From Octopus sinensis (taxonomy: Eukaryota), in NCBI RefSeq assembly GCF_006345805.1, contig NC_043007.1, forward strand, positions 46,376,001-46,440,000: a stretch of DNA of 64,000 nt, read 5' to 3'. This document shows, one piece after another, positions 55,406 to 64,000 of the stretch. The translations under genes and the position numbers were made by a program. The notes under the pieces were generated by a model that did not search any database, was not told the origin of the DNA, and saw nothing but the letters and a program-made list of their open reading frames with translations. Position 1 is the first letter of the stretch. Each line of letters begins with the position of its first letter.

Positions 55406-57125
55406 TTAAAGTATGTTTACTTGTGGTCTGTATTTTTGAATAATATTATTTTCCCTATTTATTCTTGTTTGGTCTGTGGTGTTGTCCGGGCATTGGTATA
55501 GTGGGGAAACTAAGAATTCGGGGGACTTATTGTGTCCACGTAGTGGTATCTGTCTTGTGGAGGGGTCCCTCAGTTGTTGGCGGTGAACTGTCATCCTTTC
55601 TCTGAAGGTAAACCTCGTTTTCCCTATGTAGTCTTTGTGGAACCCTTCACACCTTATGTCGTAAAGTAAATTTTTTGATGCGCAGGTGAAATTTTTATGA
55701 TGAAGGTGTGTCCTGACTGGAACTTGTACGTCGATCCCTAAATGAGGTGGATGCAAGTCCTGTAGTTGGGACGACCACATTTTTTGACGGTGGGTGGCGG
55801 GTTTGTGTTGTGTAATTTTGCGTTGGTGAAGAGGTTTTTTAGGGATTTAGGTTGTCTCCTACTTTTTATTATTTTATGAGCTGCCAGTAATTTTTTAGGC
55901 GTGGCTCTAGATTTAGCTGTGGAATGTTGTATATAATAGTGTAAGCTTCTGCATTTCTTGGGCTGTGCGTTGAGAGATAGGGGAGGCTATTTACTGTAGT
56001 GTGGATGTGTTTTGGTTTGCGTAAGTCTTGAGTGTTAATTGATTTGGCCCGTTCTATTCCGTTGTCCACTAGTGATGCTGGGTAATGTCTTTCGACAAGA
56101 ATTGCCCTTAGTTCCCGGAGTCTTCTATTTCGTGTTGTATCATTTGAGAAAATTGTGCAGATTCTTCTCGCTAAGTTGAAGGGGATGTATTTGTCCTTGT
56201 GTGTTTTGGGTGATTGGAGGTGAATAGAAGGTATTGCTTAGAGTCAGTGGCTTTGTAATGGATGTCAGTTTCAATGTTGACGCCTTTTTTAATGATTAGA
56301 ATGTCAAGAAAAGGGAGTTGGTCCTGACTATATTCTATTGTGAATTGGATGTTGTTATTTACACTGTTGATAAGGTTTTTGAAGTCAGTAAGTTGGTCGA
56401 GTGTGTGGGACAATAGGATGAAGTAATCATCTAAGTAGCGTTTCCAGTTCTCCAACAGGTATTTGTGGAAAGACTGGCCGTACTTATATTTGGATTTTTC
56501 ATATATATGTGATTCCAGGTTGGCCATCACCGGGTTTGCATAGGTAGGGGCAACTTTCGTACCCATTGCAGTTCCTGAAACCTGTCTGTAAGTGTTATTA
56601 TTAAAATTCATAAAGTCGTTTTGCAGAATAATTTTGAGGGCTTCAAAGATTAATTCTTTTTTATTCTTTCCAGGATCTCATTGGGATATTTATCCAGCCA
56701 GAATTTAATGGCTTCCACATTCATATTCATGTGGAATCGTAGTGTAAAGGTTTATTACATCAAATGAGACGATTAAAGTGTTTTTATCGGTATGTTTGGG
56801 GAGATGATTTAATAGGTCCAGGTCATCTCTTACAATACTTGGAATGTGTTTCAGTATTGGTTTTAGGATGATTTCGATAAAGTTGCTAAGTCTGTGTGTT
56901 TCACAGCTTGGGCCTGCCACTATTGGTCTCAGTTTGAGATCAGTGGGATGTGGTATAGTGATGCAGGTTGAAGTGGACTTTTTGCAAGCTTCTGTGATAA
57001 TTTCACTCTTGTGTATTTTTGGAAGCCCATAGAGCGTGCTGGTTTTGCAATTAAAGTTTGTTATGTAGTCGCATTCTTTTGCTGTTAAATCGTTAAATGC
57101 TTTCCTTGCAATAAGTTCTGTTGAT
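55406..57125 (-). mobile_element. Penelope-like element, 5'-truncated RT + GIY-YIG, frameshifted
   Basis: LYGLPKIHK, LRPIVAG, SFDVINLYTTIP, GTAMGTKVAPTYAN, WKRYLDDYF, LPFLDILI, KCGRPNC.TC, NLLYDIRC...YIGKTR...RERM..HR. Confidence 0.93.
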
Positions 57126-57217
57126 AATACAGTTCTATATTTAAGAGATGAGGAATTATGTACATTATTAATCTTATTTACATTTGACAGATATTTGTCC
57201 TCATCTTGTTTGTTGTT

Positions 57218-57257
57218 AACACAACATTTCGGCTGATATACCCTCCAGCCTTCATCA
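57218..57257 (-). ncRNA. Degenerate minimal (Penelope-type) hammerhead ribozyme
   Basis: Minus strand a-TGATGA-A-GGCTG-gagggtatat-CAGCC-GAAA-tGTT-gtgt. Perfect 5-bp stem II; C3 is missing and C15.2 appears as T. Confidence 0.6.
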
Positions 57258-57323
57258 TATAGCGTAGTGGTTAAGCGCGCAGGTTTCTAACCCCAAGATT
57301 CCATGTTCGAGTCCAGACAGTGA

Positions 57324-57327
<4 letters not shown>
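57258..57327 (+). mobile_element. tRNA-like segment (SINE-type head) joined to (AAT)n 57328-57410
   Basis: A box TAGCGTAGTGG at 57260-57270 and B box GTTCGAGTCC at 57305-57314; no convincing acceptor stem. Confidence 0.65.
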
Positions 57328-57412
<85 letters not shown>

Positions 57413-58300
57413 TTTGTCTATTTATTTATTTATATTGACTGTGCACCTGCCCCGGTGATTAATTTGACTAGAAACACTGTACGCAAGGAATAACCAATAC
57501 CAAACAATCTTAATCTCCACATTCAAACCGCATTAATTTTTGGCAAGCTTACCTTTACCTATTCTGAATTAATTGAAAGCTGATGTTCCCTTCCCGCACT
57601 TCTATTTGTTCATACCATTGTTTACTTACCAATGCGTTGCGTTGCTTCACTTTAAGAATGCTTATTTAGCCATCTATTATGATATTTCGTCTGCTATTCA
57701 TTGTTTCAAATACGTTTTAGCATTGTCGTTCTAGCCTTTTTTTAAACAATCACATATGATTTGTCCCAAACAATCAAATATTAGATAGGAGTTTTGTTTC
57801 CACTAACGAAAGCTACACATATCTTTCAGAAAACTCCAAACCTATGTAACTATATACAGCATTCGCAGTTAATTTATGCGCAAACTACGTGTGAAGAAAG
57901 AATACAAGGGTTTCTGTTAGTTTATCTCTCCAAAAAAATAGCTCCCTTTGCTGTTGAAAAAAATAATCTCGCAGTGGAGAAGTTTAACTTCTTCCTTCGA
58001 TTTCATTACACCATTTATGAGGCTGTTTCTGGCAAGAAACTTCGCATTTATGTAAAATAGCTATATTTTGTTGACATTGTCCGTAATCTACTCCCAAAAC
58101 ACTTCAGTAGCTCTACTTTGCATCGCTTGCAATGATCATTAACGTGCAACGACCCTCACAACAACCGGCCTTCAATTTGATAGGTTAATCGGAAACATAG
58201 ATTGCCGTGCTACTCATAAATATTCTCGGTAATTCAATTATTTGGGGGGAAAGTACTACCAAAGCAACTTAAACCGTCCAAAGGACACATGCGTTTGCTA

Positions 58301-58378
<78 letters not shown>

Positions 58379-58436
58379 TGTGTGTGTGTGTGTGTGCGTG
58401 TGTGTGTGTATGTGTGTGTGTTTTATATGTATGTAT

Positions 58437-58600
58437 GGAACAGGCTCCTTTAGTTTCTGTCTACCAGATCCATTCACAAGACATCAGTCAGTTGGTAGAC
58501 CCGGGGATATAGTAGAAAATTATCGCTCAAGTTGCCCCACAGTTGGATCAAATTCAGAAACATGCGGTTAGAAAGCAAGCACATCCAAAAGCAACATAAT
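58437..58600 (-). mobile_element. Partial tRNA-derived SINE (second family)
   Basis: tttagtttctgtctaccagatccattcacaag...ggggatatagtagaa...gcggttagaaagcaagc. Confidence 0.6.
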
Positions 58601-59299
58601 GAAATTCAGAGAATTGTGCGGCTGTCACATTAAAATCCTCCTAAGGAGTCCGTTATAAGTCTACATAGTAATCAGTTGTAATACAGCGTAATGTAAATGA
58701 TCTGTGTAACTAAAAATCAAGAAAACCCGAGTGATATATTTTTCAGTGAATATTATATAAAATATAAATCAGGAGTAATGAATGAAGATTTCTTCAATCA
58801 AATGACTTCTATACTTTAGGGCCTTTTCCTCAAAGTTTTCATGTTGCACTAATTGCATTACAAAACAAAATATACGTACATGACTGGAGAAATATGTATG
58901 ATCAACATTATAGAATACAAACGTATATTCACAAATTAATGCAAATAAAGAAATCTATCACATTAGATGACCACATTCTTGCATCAGCGGTTCAAATCCT
59001 AATATGCACAAAATATTCATTCTTTATGTTTACAATGTATGAAAGGGCAAATTTGGAAAATTACATTGATTTTGTCAATAAAATGAAACCAACAAACAGA
59101 CATACTGTTTTGCTCTTCACTATAGAAAACGTGCTCATATTAATTAGCAAAGTTAGGCAAGAGGTATCGAGTATCTAGTTACATTAATTCAGTGGGACAA
59201 GGTTAATGAAATGAAATTAAAAGGGAAAATATATAGAACATTCCGTGTTTCTCACACAAATTATCGTAGTAGTGAAATATATTTTAGTATACTTCCATT

Positions 59300-60700
59300 T
59301 AAAATGTAATATATTAATCTCGAAAACCTAAGGAATGCAAACTCTCCAACCAACCTTTATGAAACTAAACTTCAAAATAAACTGAATTTGGAAGTCTCAG
59401 ATATTTAGGAAACATCAGATAGCCTAATGTTCCAGCATTTGCCGTTGAATTGGAAACAATATTTTTAAACAAACCAGGATTACAACAACTAATCACATTG
59501 TAATACACGCACTTCTCCTAAACAGACCCTGCTATATTTAATATTATCACAAGAACAAACCAAAGAGCTTAAAAGATTTTATAAACTTCGAACGATATCT
59601 GGAAAAATTTCTTACAGATTTACGAGACATATTAACACTTAGATAAAACTCAATCAACAATCCCTTCCTGAGTGGAATATGCTATCACAATACTTAAAAA
59701 TGTCTATCAAGTATCAGGTGGTATATTAAGTTATACATGGATTCTGCGAACTTTGGCTGAAACATATCTGAATTTTTCTAAGTTTATAATTACTTATTTA
59801 GCAATGAATCTAAATTAGCCCGAGATCCACTCCATCTTTCATCATTTCAACAACGTTGAAATAAAGATGTAATCAAGTACTACAGTTTATATAATCTTCA
59901 AAATTGCACTGCCTTGTGCCTAAAATAGAAACTACAATTTTTTCAGAGAAATATGAAAAACCTTAGTGTCTAATTTATATCACTCTCATCTATGTTTATA
60001 TTGAATTTGAACGATATGGAGGACCGTGTGTAAAATTTGAACCAGAAGCTAATACTAAAAAAAATTAGTGAGACTTAACTAATGGAAATATTTAGGGTGA
60101 TGCATTTAGGATGGTAGATTTGACGAATGTGAAACTGGTGGGTGCATTTGATATGTACAGCAGATTAATTTACGATCTATTATTCGGCAACCAATTCCTG
60201 ATCTTTATATCTCTAAATAAAAAAAAAATAATTCAATCTTATGATACAGCTAATATTCGTGTATTATTCTTCCTCCATATTTCACGATCCTGTATGTATA
60301 TTTTAGACTCCGTAAAATATAAAACATGTATACTCAATTGCAAGAAACCCTACACCTCATTATAACATTGCTTATGATATAAGTCTTCACAATTGATCTA
60401 TTTTACGTTTTGCTGATGCAGAAAACAGAATTTTTTTTAGTAAAGATTTTATTATTTTTTTAAAGTACCCGTATCATTGATATACGAATTGCATACATAA
60501 TTCAAGAAACTATGTTAAATCGATAAATTTTTACAATCTGCTTTTATCATTATAACATAGGTTATGATGGATATTCGGTTGTCTTTGATTTTTTGTAAAT
60601 TCTATAATATTGGAAACGATGATTTTTACCATCACATAAAATTAAAAAAATCTGGAAGAAATTTTAAAAGCTATGTTCAGACTGTATAAAGTGCGGATTG
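59300..60700 (+). pseudogene. Possible heavily decayed LRR-TM-TIR (Toll-like receptor-like) pseudogene
   Basis: By eye only: LRR-like MFQHLP (59427), QTLLYLILSQEQTKEL (59523), VSGGILSYTWILRTL (59711), IFHHFNNVEIKM (59834); hydrophobic run + KKK in ORF 60111-60365; TIR-like RIFFSKDF...CIHNSR (60427-60507). Many stops. Confidence 0.28.
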
Positions 60701-61302
60701 CATTATTCCCAAAAGTCAATGAATATGATTGACAGTGAGCATTTGCAGCACAAAAGCAAATTTGATAAATCAAAACAAAAAAAAAACAAAACAAATATAT
60801 AATTATACCGAAGACATTTCATAGGGATAATCAATAATGCTACCAATGGCACAATATATTTAAAAACCGTTTCATCTCCATTTCATCAAAAACTACTCAA
60901 TGTGTTGTGAGCATTCAATACTGTAATATATTCACACTTTTAACGTATGGGAATTTTCAAGAAAATGAAGTTAATAAGTATTAACACATTGGTGATTTGA
61001 CCAAAAGTAGATCGAATTTGAACATCCTGATCAGAAGTAAAAATTATGTAGCTGCAATAAACATTTATATTTTACCAAATTTGTAGGTTAGGTTTCAAAT
61101 GTAAAGCATTTTACGTATTAAGTTTAGTAGCAATCATAATCAGTTCAAGGTTATGAATTTTAAAAAAGTAAGCCTTGGGAGAATGAAAAAACAGAGAGAA
61201 AAAATGTGCAAATTTCAACAGTCCAACATGGCGCTGTATATAAACAGCTACTTACATACATAAATAATACATACATACATGCATACATATAAGTATATAT
61301 AT

Positions 61303-61375
<73 letters not shown>

Positions 61376-61540
61376 ATATAATGGAGAAATTATACCAAAT
61401 GTATAAATAGATAATGAGTAAAGCACCGGCATAGTTTCGATTACCTGTTGTTATCTGTAGATTTATTGCAGAAACATCGTAGTGGCGGTTGGGGTAACAT
61501 AATTAATAAAATACTCATTCCATCTATTTTATTAATACTG

Positions 61541-61586
<46 letters not shown>

Positions 61587-63935
61587 TATATATATATACA
61601 GAATGTATAGTATCATGATATTTTTTATTGTACGGCTCTATCTTTTACTATTTATAGAGTTACTTTGAAACGAAATATTTATTTGACAACTAAAAGTTGT
61701 AAATAATAATTTTCTACGTGTATTGCAAAATGATGTTTTGGGAAAACAAAAATAGATGCAAAAATCTAATAATTTTCTAAAAACTGTAAACAGAAGAGAC
61801 AATGTATACAATAAATTCTGTACAGCTATACAGATATAAAACGTTATGCATTAATATTTATGTAATATCAAGTATGCGTTAATAATTTTCGACATTGTTT
61901 TCTGAATTTTTTTTTATTGTTCATTCAATATTTGAAATCTCTGTAAATATTGTAACTAATCTAAATGGACATTTGTGCATTTCAGAAAAATATAATTTCA
62001 TTTATCATACCACAATCTAAAACTAAGCATATCGTTTCCAGACGGAATGTACACAAATAATAAAAGAAACGGAACATCGATTTCAAATCATAAGAGTGCT
62101 TATTACTTAATATATTTAATTAGACGTATCATTTCTCTTGAAAGTCTGCGATAATATTAAATTACTGGATTTCTGTTTAGTTTGTTTCTCTTTTATTTCT
62201 ACATTAGATCTCACTATAAAATATCGGCAATTTTTTATGTAAAAGCCTTTCTACATATACTGTAAGTAATTTAAATATATTTAAGTAGTATTACTAAGCT
62301 TAAGAACCAGCAATCTTCCTACATAAAATATAGCTAGAAAATAAAAACACCGGAATGTTTGCGGATTTTGTGCCGGGATGTTGCAGAAAACGTTCTTACA
62401 TTCCCGTACTTATCAATCATTTCGTATCAACTTTCTGTGAATGTATACCATTTTCTCTTATCGGGTTAGTACTTACCCATTTTCAGGCCTAGGCTCACGA
62501 TTAGAAAGTCAATCGTGGTCAACTTTGTGGTATCTGTACTCGACCAGCCGAATTATTTGAATATATGTATGAAGTACCACTGAAACATATCCATGGTGTG
62601 ACCGTTCATGTGACTTGTGATTGCTGACCTTGCCCCAAAATATGAATGTATTATTAGTATTATTACTTTATGTTTGGATTTTGCTTTCTGTTTATATAAG
62701 TTGGTTCCGAGTTTCATATAGAGACCTCAAGTCGCAATGAGTTAGATGTTCAATCTTTATTATGATTAAGCTGGTTGATATCTGCCATGTTTTTGAATTT
62801 GTACATTATATGTTCTAGAGAATGTCTAGCAAACATAAGGCAATTAAGATTTTGTTTCAAATGTTGTGTAATCTGAAAATGATGGTGAATGATATCTGCT
62901 TTTGTGTACATTTAAAAGTACTGTTGCTATGTTTACAGATTAAACTTGTTTTTAGAATAACGCATACAGTATTGTTCGTCCTGTATGAGCAGTTCCCAAG
63001 AATAGTAGTCTTTGAAATTCTTCCATTTACTGTTAGCAGATGCTGCATGGATTATTGGACATGCTTTGGCTAATGATACGCGAACATGCTGAGGCTGTTA
63101 TCCCACTAGCGTTTCTTTGGTGGGTAGAATGGGTGGTCATCATTTGTTAAACAGAATTATATGGAGATCATATTGCCTGTCACTAAGCCCATATAGGACT
63201 CCAGGGAGGAAGTTCCACCTTCAACTTCTAAAGAGGATTATTGGCGGGGGAAAACGATTAAGTTTTCATCGATTCGTTGGGAATCGGGGAATATCAATTA
63301 ACCGGTTTTACTAGAGGATTTTCGAACCGGAGCCTATGCATAATTTTCAGAAATCCCTGGTCTGACAGAGTTACTGGTGAGCTCTGCTGGTGCGACATAA
63401 CGTCTACAGGCACACACGAACTTGTCCGAGATTACAGCGGACCTAGTAAACGCTTCATGCGCTCGTCTAGTGATCGGGCATTGCTGACTTGTGGATATAT
63501 GTCGAACAGCTGTTATCTCAATCAGGGCGGATCTGGTTGTTGGCCGTGTGCATCATGAGGATCACATTTCCGCCTTCTGTTGGCCGGGTAGGGCAGACAG
63601 ACAGGCAGGTTTCCTTTGTCTACTGATTATGGTAAAAGTCTGCTGATTATGGCGAGGTGAAAACGACGGAAGATAGACACTCTCTTGTGTGAACAAAATC
63701 TCATCGACTATTGAAGTTCTACTTGAACAGGAGAGATAGGGTGGGGAGGGAAGTGCTGCATCCCCTTCCCAGAATTTTAGTTAAAGTTAGGTGAACACGG
63801 CAAAGTTGTCTTATGTGAATTGACCTGAAGTCAGTATGTGACAATATACTGAGGGAATGTGAAGGAGAGATGCCTACTCCTAGGGCCTTTCTGCATACAT
63901 AACCATACTTCACTATTGTCATTTCCTGAATCTAT

Positions 63936-63974
63936 CTTTGGGTATCTGCCATGCAAAGTCTTCTCTTGCCAGTT
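63936..63974 (-). mobile_element. Short RLE-LINE fragment
   Basis: NWQEKTLHGRYPK versus KWQEKPLYGKYPK in family A (9 of 13 identical). Confidence 0.5.
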
Positions 63975-64000
63975 AGATAATCTTTATTATTTTCTCTGTT

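Noticed and set aside
57258-57327. Genuine tRNA gene
   Set aside because: No convincing acceptor stem or poly-T terminator; ends in an (AAT)n tail.

Overview
AT-rich, repeat-saturated eukaryotic DNA. The SINE and LINE families resemble ones I recall from Octopus genomes (inference from memory, no search run). No intact host gene, rRNA, true tRNA or CRISPR array is supportable, and almost all listed ORFs are microsatellite translations or decayed transposon frames. Bases 1-25.5 kb are a nest built on (AAT)n microsatellite. It holds several families of 5'-truncated non-LTR retrotransposons with RT, a CCHC knuckle and a restriction-like endonuclease (R4/Dong type), all on the + strand; most end directly in (AAT)n or AAC/AAT tails. 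Interleaved with them is an unrecognised, ORF-less ~557-nt element (called U here) with a fixed 3' end on (AAT)n and variable 5' ends. The nest also contains a U/Dong-3'UTR chimera, a possible ~200-bp target duplication, and a 13.4-kb degenerate AAT array with higher-order structure. Bases 26-64 kb are a graveyard of Chapaev3-like, piggyBac, MULE, mariner, Tc1, CR1-like, RLE-LINE and Penelope remnants and tRNA-derived SINEs. This part also has a 534-bp foldback element, a degenerate hammerhead ribozyme upstream of a Penelope ORF, and a weak candidate for a decayed LRR-TM-TIR (Toll-like) pseudogene.
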